Positions 1 through 10,141 of a stretch of 64,000 nucleotides of DNA are shown here, piece after piece; position 1 is the stretch's first letter, and each line of letters opens with the position of its first letter. The stretch is from an uncultured bacterium. GTDB lineage: Bacteria > JAJVIF01 > JAPKYR01. The stretch lies in the NCBI GenBank assembly GCA_965369865.1, contig CBDURU010000002.1, positions 53,331-117,330 on the forward strand, written 5' to 3'. The position numbers were made by a program, and so were the translations under genes. The notes under the pieces were generated by a model. That model was not told the origin of the DNA. It did no database searches and saw nothing but the letters and a program-made list of their open reading frames with translations.

Positions 1-746
1 AATCGCATCGTGAATTCCGCAATCCACAACGCAATCAGTGAGAAAGCACTGAACCATAAACCGGTATTGATCAGCGTCGCGGGCACTGTGGCAACTACAG
101 GTAACTGTATCGCCATAAGTCCCGCAGAAAGAGAGGCAAGCAGGAGTACCTGGATCAGAATGATGATTGCAATCAACAGGAGCACAAACCACCAGAATGA
201 CGCGGGCCCTTCCGCTTTTACATACGGCCACAACTGAGTGCTCATAAGGGCGATAAATGGAATCACCAGCCCGATGAGCATTGAGATAACCTCTTCCATC
301 GCGCCGAATCCCCGCATCAGCCCGGATATACATTCCGCGAAAAAGACTTTTTCATCGGACATCGGGGTGGTAAGTACCGCGCCAAGCATCCCGGAAAAAA
401 GTTCCCTGCGCATTTCGAGGGGAGTACCGACAAGAGACGATATGAAGATCCTGATCGAAGTGACCGTGATGATTACGATCCCCGGGGCAGCTACGGTAAC
501 CCAAAATCCAATTTCAAGAGCGAGTTCTTTTTCGGTGACGAGGAGTAAGAAAAGATTAATGATGAATGAGACGCCAAGTCCGATCATGAAGGATTTTTTT
601 GGCCCGAACATGGGCTTCAATCGCCACATGACATAGCGTCGCTGGAAGATCGGATTTCCCCAGAACTCCAGGAGCGGTCCGAACACCTCAACCCATGGAG
701 GGGGTGGATCGGCCCAGGTGAGATCGAATTCATCGTCGTGGATCAT
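1..746 (-). CDS. Multi-pass membrane protein, ABC-2 permease-like; runs off the window edge
   Basis: Hand translation of the minus strand from ATG at 746 (MIHDDEFDLTWADPPPPWVEVFGPLLEFWGNPIFQRRY...) stays open to position 1. Several hydrophobic segments and an 'ELFSGMLGAVLTTPMS' motif like ABC-2 permeases. Not in the ORF track because the stop is outside the window. Confidence 0.6.
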   Translation of the reverse strand, partial: MIHDDEFDLTWADPPPPWVEVFGPLLEFWGNPIFQRRYVMWRLKPMFGPKKSFMIGLGVSFIINLFLLLVTEKELALEIGFWVTVAAPGIVIITVTSIRIFISSLVGTPLEMRRELFSGMLGAVLTTPMSDEKVFFAECISGLMRGFGAMEEVISMLIGLVIPFIALMSTQLWPYVKAEGPASFWWFVLLLIAIIILIQVLLLASLSAGLMAIQLPVVATVPATLINTGLWFSAFSLIALWIAEFTMR

Positions 747-781
747 AGCGGTTGTTTATTTTCCCTGCACATTATAAGGAA

Positions 782-3514
782 TCAGGGAACAGGATGCTGA
801 TATTCTTCCAACATCAATACTATTTCATCGTAACCCGATTCCACCGCAATCGTGTATGCCGTCTCCCCATCATCATTTGCTGATTCAGGGTCGCAACCGG
901 CATCAAGAAGCAATTCAACAACCCTTACCGGATTTCGATTATCGACTTCTTCCATGTCGCCTGAGTATTCTCTTGGGTAGTAAAATTCCGCAAGGAAATC
1001 TTCGTATCTCATGACTGCGCACATAAGGGCAGTATCCCCATAGTCACTTGTTTTCGATACATCAGCACCACTCTCTATTAGTAACTTCACAATTTCCGGA
1101 TTCCCAATCCCCGATGCAAACATCAGGGGAGTGTGGCTGTTGATATAATACGTTTCAAGGTTGGCTCCGGCAATAACGAGCGTCCTCACCAAATTTAAGT
1201 TATTTCCCCTGACAGCGAACATCAATGCGGACCAGTATCCACGGTTTCTATAACCGGGCTTATCGGGAAGAGAGTAGCCGGTTTCCCTTTCGAAGCTCGG
1301 GTCGGCGCCTGCTTCCAGCAGAATATTGACAATCTCCACATAACCGCCGTTCGCAGCACGCAAAACCGGTGTGTCGCCGTATTGTGAAATAATCATGTTT
1401 GGATCGGCACCATTCTCTAGTAGATCGGTTACTTTTCCACTATCACCCCTATGAATAGCACTGTTGAGAAGAATATAAGCCATTTCATCGTCAATCAGCA
1501 TATCGTGGGATTGCAGGAGTTCAATGATTTCTGAATTACCTCTGCCTGCTGCGATCATATAGGTTGAACCGCCGACATTCGGATCGGCACCATGTTCGAG
1601 CAGTGACCTGACCAGTTCCACATTGGTGTTTTCAATTGCATACCAGAGTGCTGTCGGACCCTCCAGCATGGACGCTTCATCGTACATGGTGGCTTTTGTG
1701 TCGGTTTCACAGCCCGCTTCCTGCAGGAGTTCCGCAACTTCATTCTGCTGCCCGAAACCCTTGTCGCTGCATTCAATCATCTGGGCCATCTGTCCGTAAT
1801 TTCCGTGAGTGAAAATATCTCTGAATTCATGGAATCTGACCGCCGTTAAAATCAGGGCTGTGTAACCTGTCTCTCCCTGAAATGATATATCTGCACCTCC
1901 ATTAATTAACACCCTGGCAGTATCAACCTTACCAAGTCCGGCAGCCATCATCAGAGCAGTAAGCCCGTTCGGATCCTGGAAATCCGGATCGGCTCCGGCG
2001 TTCAGGAGGTCGGTAACCAGTTTAGCGGTCCCGATTCTTGATGCGAGCATCAATGGTGTATCTGTTGAAGCGCCCCGGACATTCGGGTCAACTTCTGCAT
2101 CCAGGAGCACTCTCACAATTTCTTCTTCCGGGGATAAATCGTCTGATTGACTGGGACTCGGGAGAAAACCATGAATAATCGCTGCCAGGAGTGGAGTATA
2201 CGGCCAGATTTCGGATTCCGAACCGGGATCTGCGCCAAGCTCCAAGAGCCTGTCCATCATCACAGGCTGGCGAGTGTTGATCGATACCATCAGGCACTGT
2301 TCAAGCCATGGGTCATCTGTGTTTATACCATACTCGATCAACAATTCCATCATAACAATATTGCCTGAATAAACCGTTGAAACGACAGGATGATACAAAT
2401 CACCGCCTTCATGAAACTCGAAATCTATCTCGCCGCCTGCTTCTAATAGTAATTCAAGAATTTCATGGTAATGTCTACCGGTATGTGAATCGGAAATCCT
2501 TAAATCCTCCTGGGGAGAATTTCCGTACCGAATCGCTTCACAGATTCTGTTGTCATATTCGATGCATCGACGGAACACAGAATTGCCGTTGTTAGGGTTT
2601 GCACCTCTTTCAAGCAGAAGCTCTACAATATCGACGCGCTGGTTATAAACAGCCCAATAGAGAAGCGATGATTCTCCATCATAAAGGAAATCGATTTCCG
2701 AACCGGCTTCAAGGAGAATTTTTATGGCATCCAACTGTGCTTCAAAATCAGAGTCACCTTCATAAGCATTACCCAACAGAATAGCCATCGAGTCGACATC
2801 TTCACGATTGGAGTAAAAAAATGGCCTGGATTCAGGCATATCCAGCCTTCCGGCTCCTGTGCATAAATAATATAAAGACTGCCTACCTTTGAAATCCCTG
2901 TGTTCCGGATCGTCAATTGCGGACATTAACCGATCCACCACATCTGAATGGCCATTGAGAGCTGCAATCATCATCGCCGATAGGTAGTAATCATTAAATC
3001 CGGACGGATCAGCACCAAACTCGAGGAGGTTATCAAGCATATGAAGATCACCGGTCTCGCTGGCAATCTGCACCGGGGTTACACTGTTAATTCCTTCTGT
3101 ATCCGGGTCAGCGCCAGCGGTCAGCAGAACCAGTGCGATTTCATCGTACCCATGTGATACAGCTTCGGAAATTGCGGGAAAATCATATCCATTGGGAATG
3201 AAATCGGGATTGGCTCTCTGATCCAGAAGCGATTGCACCCGATTCAGATCATTATCGATGACAGCGTCAATCAATTGATTAGTTAGGGACCGGTCGAATG
3301 GGCCCGAATCTTCGATAAAAATACCGGTTGGTTCAACGCCTTGATTGCCCGGGCCACCGCTTAATTTATGGGGATAATCAGATTGCTGGTCTGCAGCGTG
3401 AATTTCATCTTCGTAACCTGTTGCACAGCCGATGCTATTTAACAAAGCGACAATTACCAGGAATAACAATGTAATTAAGATGAAATTTCTCGCGCATTTC
3501 CACTTTATGCACAT
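782..3514 (-). CDS. Large exported ankyrin-repeat protein, possible lipoprotein
   Basis: 910 aa; hydrophobic N-terminus ending LNSIGC; many 'TPLM.A...G..E.V..LL.AGADP' ankyrin repeats. Confidence 0.9.
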   Translation of the reverse strand: MCIKWKCARNFILITLLFLVIVALLNSIGCATGYEDEIHAADQQSDYPHKLSGGPGNQGVEPTGIFIEDSGPFDRSLTNQLIDAVIDNDLNRVQSLLDQRANPDFIPNGYDFPAISEAVSHGYDEIALVLLTAGADPDTEGINSVTPVQIASETGDLHMLDNLLEFGADPSGFNDYYLSAMMIAALNGHSDVVDRLMSAIDDPEHRDFKGRQSLYYLCTGAGRLDMPESRPFFYSNREDVDSMAILLGNAYEGDSDFEAQLDAIKILLEAGSEIDFLYDGESSLLYWAVYNQRVDIVELLLERGANPNNGNSVFRRCIEYDNRICEAIRYGNSPQEDLRISDSHTGRHYHEILELLLEAGGEIDFEFHEGGDLYHPVVSTVYSGNIVMMELLIEYGINTDDPWLEQCLMVSINTRQPVMMDRLLELGADPGSESEIWPYTPLLAAIIHGFLPSPSQSDDLSPEEEIVRVLLDAEVDPNVRGASTDTPLMLASRIGTAKLVTDLLNAGADPDFQDPNGLTALMMAAGLGKVDTARVLINGGADISFQGETGYTALILTAVRFHEFRDIFTHGNYGQMAQMIECSDKGFGQQNEVAELLQEAGCETDTKATMYDEASMLEGPTALWYAIENTNVELVRSLLEHGADPNVGGSTYMIAAGRGNSEIIELLQSHDMLIDDEMAYILLNSAIHRGDSGKVTDLLENGADPNMIISQYGDTPVLRAANGGYVEIVNILLEAGADPSFERETGYSLPDKPGYRNRGYWSALMFAVRGNNLNLVRTLVIAGANLETYYINSHTPLMFASGIGNPEIVKLLIESGADVSKTSDYGDTALMCAVMRYEDFLAEFYYPREYSGDMEEVDNRNPVRVVELLLDAGCDPESANDDGETAYTIAVESGYDEIVLMLEEYQHPVP

Positions 3515-3718
3515 TGTCTACTCCCTGTTGAAATTGATTAGAATAATTATACACGAGATTTGAGTATGGAAAATTTAGTAAGAGTTCATATACCATCAAG
3601 TTTAAAATTCCAGGTCCTTTTTATACCTCTGAAAAGAGAGTATAATATGTAAGGTTACGAATGGGAACGTAACCGATTAGTAATTTGCATACCGTTTTTT
3701 CAGAAACGGAGTTCTGAA

Positions 3719-4054
3719 ATGGGATTACGTGGAATAGATGTTCAGGTAACAATCCAGCGGGCTGCCGATGCGGATAAAATGCAGCAGGCCGAAATCGCCA
3801 ATGCCCGTGCAGGGGAGGCGAGTACAAGGGAGGAGGCTGAACTCGCGAGGGCACGCAGGCAGGAACAACCAAGGCAACCGGAGAAAACTGATACGGTAGT
3901 TATCCAGAAGCGTAAGGAGCACGAGAAGAACGAAGGGGAAGGTGAAGAGGAACAGGAGGCTGTCGAGGAGCTCGGCCTTGAGGAAGAGTCGGATCCGATC
4001 AAGGATTACTTGCGCAAACCACAGGTGAAGGGGAACCTTGATATTAAGGCGTAG
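3719..4054 (+). CDS. Small charged hypothetical protein, resembling a flagellar-neighbourhood family
   Basis: 111 aa, N-terminal 'RGIDVQVTIQR' and C-terminal 'KGNLDIKA'; convergent with flhB. Family assignment is from recall. Confidence 0.55.
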   Translation: MGLRGIDVQVTIQRAADADKMQQAEIANARAGEASTREEAELARARRQEQPRQPEKTDTVVIQKRKEHEKNEGEGEEEQEAVEELGLEEESDPIKDYLRKPQVKGNLDIKA

Positions 4055-4135
4055 GATTTACCAAGATGTAACTGATGAGGGTGATTTTACAAGTGCCGGA
4101 ATCGCATGCCGTGGATGTGCCGATTATAAATGCAT

Positions 4136-5218
4136 CTAGGATGCCGCGGCCATACGGGATCGCTGCCTGCGATATTTTTTCTTCGTTTTGTAGATAAAGG
4201 CAAGAACTTCCGCAATGGCAATATAGAATTCGTACGGGATCATGTCGCCAATTTCGACCATTTTGTAGAGGGAGCGCGCGAGAGGGGGATCGCGATGGAT
4301 GTGAATGTCGAACTCTCTCGCGATGTCGATAATTCTCTGTGCGATCGCGCCTTTGCCTTTAGCCACCACCTGCGGAGCGGGCATGTCTGGTTCATATTTA
4401 AGCGCGACAGCAACGTGTATCGGATTGGTGACCACTACATCAGCCTTGGGGACTTCCCTTAGCATCGCCGTCATTGCGATCTGTCTCTGGCGTTGACGCA
4501 TACGGCTTTTAACGAGCGGATCTCCCTCCATCTGCTTGTATTCTTCCTTCGCCTCGGTTTTTGTCAACATCAAATCTTTCTCGAACTGGTAAATCTGGTA
4601 GATAAGGTCAAGAATTGCAAGGATCAGCATTACACCGATGATCCAGAGTCCGAGCCTTAACGCATGCTGTCCGAAAAAGGGGAGATAAGCGGTTGGTTCG
4701 AGAGTGTGAGCCTGGATAATTACAGGGAGGTTCGCACGGATGTATGCCGTGGTTACAAGCGCCACGAGTCCGATCTTGAATACTGCCTTCAGGAGTTCCA
4801 CGAATCCGCGAGTGGAGAACATCCGCTTCAAGCCGTTCATTGGATTAATGTTGCTTAGTTTAGGCCTGATAGGTTCAATGCTGATGTTCCCACGGGTCTG
4901 TAGGAGATTTACTAAAATCGCGATTAAGGATGTTGCCGCAAAAATGGGCCATAAGATCACCAGGATTTTTGTGATGACGTAACTTGTCAATAACCTCATG
5001 CCTTCCTGGCTGACCGAAGGCCATGAAAGGTTGCCGTATACATCCCTGAACAATCCCATTGTAATATTGCCCCACATGTTCATGACAAGGGCAAGCGTCA
5101 GAAAAGCGATAAGAAGGACAATGGTGCCCGAAAGTTCCCGGCTCTTGGCGACCTGCCCACGCTCTCGCGCGCGTTCACGGCTTCTGGGTGTTGCCTGTTC
5201 TGTTTTTTCCTCGTCCAT
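4136..5218 (-). CDS. flhB: Flagellar export switch protein FlhB
   Basis: N-terminal EKTEQATP, four TM segments, 'EGDP', autocleavage motif 'TNPIH' (NPTH variant), C-terminal 'PPLARSLY...AEVLAFIY'. Confidence 0.95.
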   Translation of the reverse strand: MDEEKTEQATPRSRERARERGQVAKSRELSGTIVLLIAFLTLALVMNMWGNITMGLFRDVYGNLSWPSVSQEGMRLLTSYVITKILVILWPIFAATSLIAILVNLLQTRGNISIEPIRPKLSNINPMNGLKRMFSTRGFVELLKAVFKIGLVALVTTAYIRANLPVIIQAHTLEPTAYLPFFGQHALRLGLWIIGVMLILAILDLIYQIYQFEKDLMLTKTEAKEEYKQMEGDPLVKSRMRQRQRQIAMTAMLREVPKADVVVTNPIHVAVALKYEPDMPAPQVVAKGKGAIAQRIIDIAREFDIHIHRDPPLARSLYKMVEIGDMIPYEFYIAIAEVLAFIYKTKKKYRRQRSRMAAAS

Positions 5219-5299
5219 TTAAATTGGGCGGACAGCAAAATTTACCGTTCCCTGGGAAACGGTATAATTAGTATCCGATTAATATTAATTGGATTACCT

Positions 5300-5710
5300 T
5301 CAGACGTCCTGCCAGTCGTCCTCTAATTCATTTAGATCCTGCCGGATATCGATGAATTTATCGAACCTGCAGATTCGGAGAATGTCCAATATCTCTCCAC
5401 GAGGTGCAAGGATGGAAAAGGAAATGCCATCATTTTCATCAACGTATTTGTAGATTCGGACAAGGTTCTGGAGGCCGACCGTGTCGGCATATTCAAGCTT
5501 GCGGAAATCGAGTACGAGATTTTTAATTCCCGATTCGTAAAGCCTGATAGCCTCTTCAAATAATGATTCTGCCAGAGTTTGTCTTAGTTCGCCAATCAGG
5601 GAGAGCATGCATTTCTCACTGGCGAAAGCCCTCTTGAACATCAAGTTTTGACTATCGCTCTTTACCTGAGCGACGCTGCCCTTGATATAATTCTTAAAGT
5701 GGTCACCCAT
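5300..5710 (-). CDS. STAS-domain protein (anti-sigma factor antagonist-like)
   Basis: 'NLVLDFRKLEYADTVGLQNLV...ILRICRFDKFI' STAS pattern. Confidence 0.8.
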   Translation of the reverse strand: MGDHFKNYIKGSVAQVKSDSQNLMFKRAFASEKCMLSLIGELRQTLAESLFEEAIRLYESGIKNLVLDFRKLEYADTVGLQNLVRIYKYVDENDGISFSILAPRGEILDILRICRFDKFIDIRQDLNELEDDWQDV

Positions 5711-6018
5711 TTGCCTTATCCTTCCATCTTTTACCGCGAAATTTCCTGTTGGGAGAGGGAAGAACGGAAATTAACGCAGCATTTACGCTCACAATATTAT
5801 CATTATGATTGGATGGATTGTTCTTTAAGTAAGTATATACAAAATAATTTTTTGCATGCAAAATTCAGCTGAAGATTTAGTTCATATCCAGAGTTTCCAG
5901 GGTCGCTTTAAGCCATACAGGCCGATCTAAGCCTTTATTTGTACTTTTAGATGTCACCGGTCGACCGGATATGGGTTATAATATTAATGTGAATTTAAAT
6001 CTTAACAGGAGGGTTACC

Positions 6019-6606
6019 TTGAGCACGTGCGATTATGGTTCAAAAATCCTTCTTGCATTGATTGCATTTCTTGCACTATCAATATCACTTTACGCGGGTG
6101 GGAACAGTCCTGATAATTCCGGTACTCGGTTCATCATGGTCATGGATGTCCCCAGCCAGGATACTGTAGAGTTCGACGGCATGGTCCTCAGGGACAACTG
6201 CAAGCTTGAAGGACTTGTGGGCAGGATCGAAAGCGTTATTCTTTTAACCGGCGGCGACCTGTTCGTACTCACGCCTGCGATTAAAACCGCCCGGGAGATC
6301 GATAATCCCGGTATCCCCGGAAACGACTCAACAACATGGTCTGAATGGCTGATAGAGCCGGGCAGGATAAATCCACTGAAATTTGGTGAATCCCTTGGTG
6401 TTTCAGACGAAGGCAATGAATCTTTACAGGTCGGGTCGAGTGGACAGATTGATCTTAATTTCGAAAATGGAATCCTGATATCCGTAAGGTTCCAAAATCC
6501 GGACGGTGAAGGTGAGGTTATATACACCTACCGGGATTTTGAATCCGACAGCGATATCAAACACAGAGATTTCGAAATCCCTGATGATTACCTGATGACT
6601 GAATGA
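6019..6606 (+). CDS. Exported hypothetical protein
   Basis: TTG at 6019 follows AGGAGG (6007-6012); signal-peptide-like hydrophobic stretch. The ORF track start at 5971 is upstream of the RBS. Confidence 0.6.
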   Translation: MSTCDYGSKILLALIAFLALSISLYAGGNSPDNSGTRFIMVMDVPSQDTVEFDGMVLRDNCKLEGLVGRIESVILLTGGDLFVLTPAIKTAREIDNPGIPGNDSTTWSEWLIEPGRINPLKFGESLGVSDEGNESLQVGSSGQIDLNFENGILISVRFQNPDGEGEVIYTYRDFESDSDIKHRDFEIPDDYLMTE

Positions 6607-6617
6607 AGTAAAAACAA

Positions 6618-6646
6618 GGATCCCGGGTAAGCTACCCGGGACCTTT
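6618..6646. terminator. Probable bidirectional intrinsic terminator
   Basis: Perfect stem TCCCGGGTA/TACCCGGGA (6621-6641), A-rich on the left and TTT on the right, between convergent genes. Confidence 0.6.
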
Positions 6647-6688
6647 CGACATAACGCCGATTTGATTTGATGCTAAGCCAGCAGTTCA

Positions 6689-7891
6689 TTACTCCGTTAC
6701 GATGAAGCCGGGTCCACCGGGTCCACCGTCCAGAACATCGACACCTTCATCGTAAATTCCATTTCCGTTAATATCCAAAAGGAGGTCGTACACACCTTCC
6801 TGGGCGAGAATCCAGGCGAGTATCAATCCTTCATTGACGCATCCTTCCTGAACCGGATCGAGTTCCACTCCACCCGTTATATCTTCGATGGTCATCCCAT
6901 CTATCCAGATGTCTGTGTGAAACAGGATGTACTTAAGAACGTATAGACTGTTCAGGTCAAGTATGACACTCGGGTTGAGCCATATGTAAATCTTATCCCC
7001 GACCTTGAAGTTATTTGTGTAGGTATAGTCCCTGTGCGAAGCAAGTTGAGCGTAGATCGGACCACCAGTGTGTACATCCTGGACAACGATGCCGGTTGGC
7101 AACTGCCCGTCGACAGCATCCGTGCCTGAATTGAAAACACCGAATGGTTCGGCATCCAGGACAATATCGAATTGATCCGTGACGCCGGGCAATATTTTTG
7201 TCGCGTAAGGGAGAAGCTGCGTTGGTTCGATCTCACCGCCGGCGTTTGAGGTTACCTCAATATATTCCTGAATCTCAGGGGGCCAAACAACCAACGGGCG
7301 GTCGTCCGACCAGCTTGATATTATATCTCCATCGTTCCAGGCGCGTTTGTCTATAACCGGCCAGATACGGTAATTAGCCCCGGATTTCAAGGCCCTTGCG
7401 GCAACAAATACGGGTTCACCAACAAGAACCGCGTTGGTGAGGTTACCATCGATATCACATCCCCATACTATTGGGTCCGTTGGCGCAATCGGAATTGCGA
7501 CCGTACGTTCAACTGTACCTTTCAACGATGTGAGACGAATTGTATATTCTCCCGATGAAAGCCTGCCATGACCGGTATCGGGAAAGAATCCGACATCGTA
7601 AGCGATTATTACATCATCGATCCGGCCCTGGTTGTCCGCAGTCAGACGGGCCATACTAACCACTGAGCCATCCTCCGCGATTGCCTCAATTAAAACCGGG
7701 AACTCATTGGTATTCAGGCCGGATGCAGAGAACGTGAGCGCCTCGCCCTGGTTAAGAACGCCGCCAAATCCAGTTGAAACCGAAAGGACAAGGGGACCTC
7801 CAGGATTTTCATCGGAGCTTCCGGAGCATCCGATGGCCAGGGCGAGAACACCCATCAGCAATAGAGAGAAAAAGATTGGGAAGCGATACAT
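6689..7891 (-). CDS. Lipoprotein with two internal repeat modules
   Basis: Lipobox LAIGC; two modules ending 'QFDIVLDAEPFGVFNSGTDAVDG' and 'VYDLLLDINGNGIYDEGVDVLDG'. Confidence 0.75.
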   Translation of the reverse strand: MYRFPIFFSLLLMGVLALAIGCSGSSDENPGGPLVLSVSTGFGGVLNQGEALTFSASGLNTNEFPVLIEAIAEDGSVVSMARLTADNQGRIDDVIIAYDVGFFPDTGHGRLSSGEYTIRLTSLKGTVERTVAIPIAPTDPIVWGCDIDGNLTNAVLVGEPVFVAARALKSGANYRIWPVIDKRAWNDGDIISSWSDDRPLVVWPPEIQEYIEVTSNAGGEIEPTQLLPYATKILPGVTDQFDIVLDAEPFGVFNSGTDAVDGQLPTGIVVQDVHTGGPIYAQLASHRDYTYTNNFKVGDKIYIWLNPSVILDLNSLYVLKYILFHTDIWIDGMTIEDITGGVELDPVQEGCVNEGLILAWILAQEGVYDLLLDINGNGIYDEGVDVLDGGPGGPGFIVTE

Positions 7892-8186
7892 TTTTCAAAA
7901 TCACCTCTAAGTCAAGTACCTCTATTGTAACATCTTGTAGCTTTTTGTCAACTCTTGTGACTCGAAAAAATCATGGGAAGTTCATTAAAACGGCAATAAA
8001 TTTTCTGAATTTAATCAAATTCAACCGTCCCTGTCCTTCATCGGGAAGCCTGTATTATAAAGTCGGATAATTCCGATAATTCTGCCATCCCTCTATACCA
8101 TTGACAGAAAACCCCCCCTTGCTCATCACATTATGGTAAAATTCTGGTAATAATGGGATTTTTACCAGCATACCGGAGGTTTTTTA

Positions 8187-9953
8187 ATGTCACAAAAGCT
8201 AGACGAATATCCCCCGGACTTATTAGATTCACGGTTTCCACTTACATCACTTGAAAAAAAGCTTCTTGAGAGTGGTGCCCTTGACCGTTCAACACTCAGG
8301 AAAATCCAGGTACAGGCAATGGAACGGGGTGTATTTGTGGAGGAAGAGATTCTCGACAGCGGCTTTGTCGAAGAGGAACCTGTACTGAAAATCGTTGCCA
8401 AGAGGCAGAACGTTCCGTACCTCATTCTCGATACAATAGAGCCGAACCCTGATGTGGTCACGCTGCTCGAGCAGGATTTCTGTGAGGAGCACAATGTATT
8501 TCCGATCCGTATTGAGGGTTCATACATGCACCTTGCGATGGCCGATCCGAAAAATATCAGGCTTAGAGATGAGATCAGGGAAATCACGGGGAAATCCGCC
8601 AAGGGTTATCTCTCGAGCAAAGGAAGTATTAAGAAGAAAATATTTGAATACCGGCCGCATTTCCGCAAGAAAATCATCGAAATGCTTCTAAAATCAGTAG
8701 GAAAAGACCAGGGAATCCAACTCACCCGCGAGATGGGGATCGAAATTGAAGACCTGAAAAAACTTCCCGAACAAACTGAAATTATCAGACTGGTCAATCT
8801 CCTGATTCTCCAGGCATTGCAGTTTCATGCATCGGATATCCACCTTATGCCGAGCGAGAAAGCGATGAATGTTAGGTTCAGGGTGGACGGTGTGTTGCAG
8901 GAACTGGTCGACCCGATCACTTACGATAAAGCCGAGCAGGTAGTGAATCGAATAAAAATCCTGTGCGATTTAGATATTACCGAAAGAAGGATGCCTCAGG
9001 ACGGTCATTTCAGGATTATTCTTGAGGGCCAGGATATCGACTTCCGTGTGGTTACCTCCCCGACAATTTTCGGGGAGAAAGCTGTTCTAAGGGTTCTGGA
9101 CCGATCGACAACAGTGCTGGACATGCGTCATCTCGGGTTTGAAACAAACTTGATCCAAAAGTTCAGAAAGCACCTTTCCAAACCACACGGGATAATAACA
9201 ATGACCGGCCCCACCGGCTCCGGAAAAACCACGACCCTGTACTCGGCACTCAAGATTTTAAACTCGAAGGAAAAAAATATTACAACGGTCGAGAACCCGA
9301 TTGAGTACCGCATGAACGATATAACTCAGATCCAGGTTAACCCGGATATCGGATTAACTTTCGCCCACTGCCTGAGATCGATCCTCCGGCAGGACCCGGA
9401 CATTATACTGATAGGTGAAATCCGGGATCTCGATACGACCGAGATCGCCATACGCGCATCGCTTACAGGGCACCTTGTATTCGCGACACTTCATACGAAC
9501 AACGCGGGAGGGGCGATAACCAGGCTGCTTGATATGGGTGTTGAGCCGTACCTCCTAGCAAGCACTCTGAGATGTGTTCTGTCACAAAGGCTTGTAAGGA
9601 CAATCTGCAAACAATGCAGGAACGAGTACATACCCGATGCTGCAATGCTGGACGAAATCAGGTTGAATCTCGATGACATGGCTAAATTCGGTGATGAGCC
9701 CATAAAACTTGCATATGGGAAAGGTTGCGGGCATTGCTTCCAAACCGGATTCTATGGACGTACCGCCATCGGTGAGCTGCTTGAGACCAATGATGAAATC
9801 CGCGATCTGATCGTAAATCGTGCGCATACGATTCATATCGAGGAAGCTGCGATCAGGAACGGGATGGTTTCTTTAAACAAGGACGGTTTGAGAAAGATAC
9901 TCGCGAGAGTGACGACCTACGAGGAAGTGGCATCACAGACCGAGGTGGTATAA
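8187..9953 (+). CDS. Type II secretion / type IV pilus assembly ATPase (GspE/PilB family)
   Basis: ASDIH, PQDG, Walker A GPTGSGKT, 'RQDPDIILIGEIRD', 'TGHLVFATLH', two CxxC zinc pairs. Confidence 0.95.
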   Translation: MSQKLDEYPPDLLDSRFPLTSLEKKLLESGALDRSTLRKIQVQAMERGVFVEEEILDSGFVEEEPVLKIVAKRQNVPYLILDTIEPNPDVVTLLEQDFCEEHNVFPIRIEGSYMHLAMADPKNIRLRDEIREITGKSAKGYLSSKGSIKKKIFEYRPHFRKKIIEMLLKSVGKDQGIQLTREMGIEIEDLKKLPEQTEIIRLVNLLILQALQFHASDIHLMPSEKAMNVRFRVDGVLQELVDPITYDKAEQVVNRIKILCDLDITERRMPQDGHFRIILEGQDIDFRVVTSPTIFGEKAVLRVLDRSTTVLDMRHLGFETNLIQKFRKHLSKPHGIITMTGPTGSGKTTTLYSALKILNSKEKNITTVENPIEYRMNDITQIQVNPDIGLTFAHCLRSILRQDPDIILIGEIRDLDTTEIAIRASLTGHLVFATLHTNNAGGAITRLLDMGVEPYLLASTLRCVLSQRLVRTICKQCRNEYIPDAAMLDEIRLNLDDMAKFGDEPIKLAYGKGCGHCFQTGFYGRTAIGELLETNDEIRDLIVNRAHTIHIEEAAIRNGMVSLNKDGLRKILARVTTYEEVASQTEVV

Positions 9954-10141
9954 ATACTCGTTATATGGTCAAACATATTGGCCGTTTTGGCCTTAAAAGA
10001 CAGGATTTACCAACCTTGGTAAATTTTAATACCCGTGACATATCTTTTCCTGCTTCCAGCACCCCACTTAATTTACGATATTAAGTCGGTTAATTATTAT
10101 GATTATTCCGACCTGAAATTTTTTCATGGCGGCATTAAACC

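Noticed and set aside
10..636. Plus-strand ORFs 10-237 and 238-636
   Set aside because: Antisense to a continuous membrane-protein frame on the minus strand.
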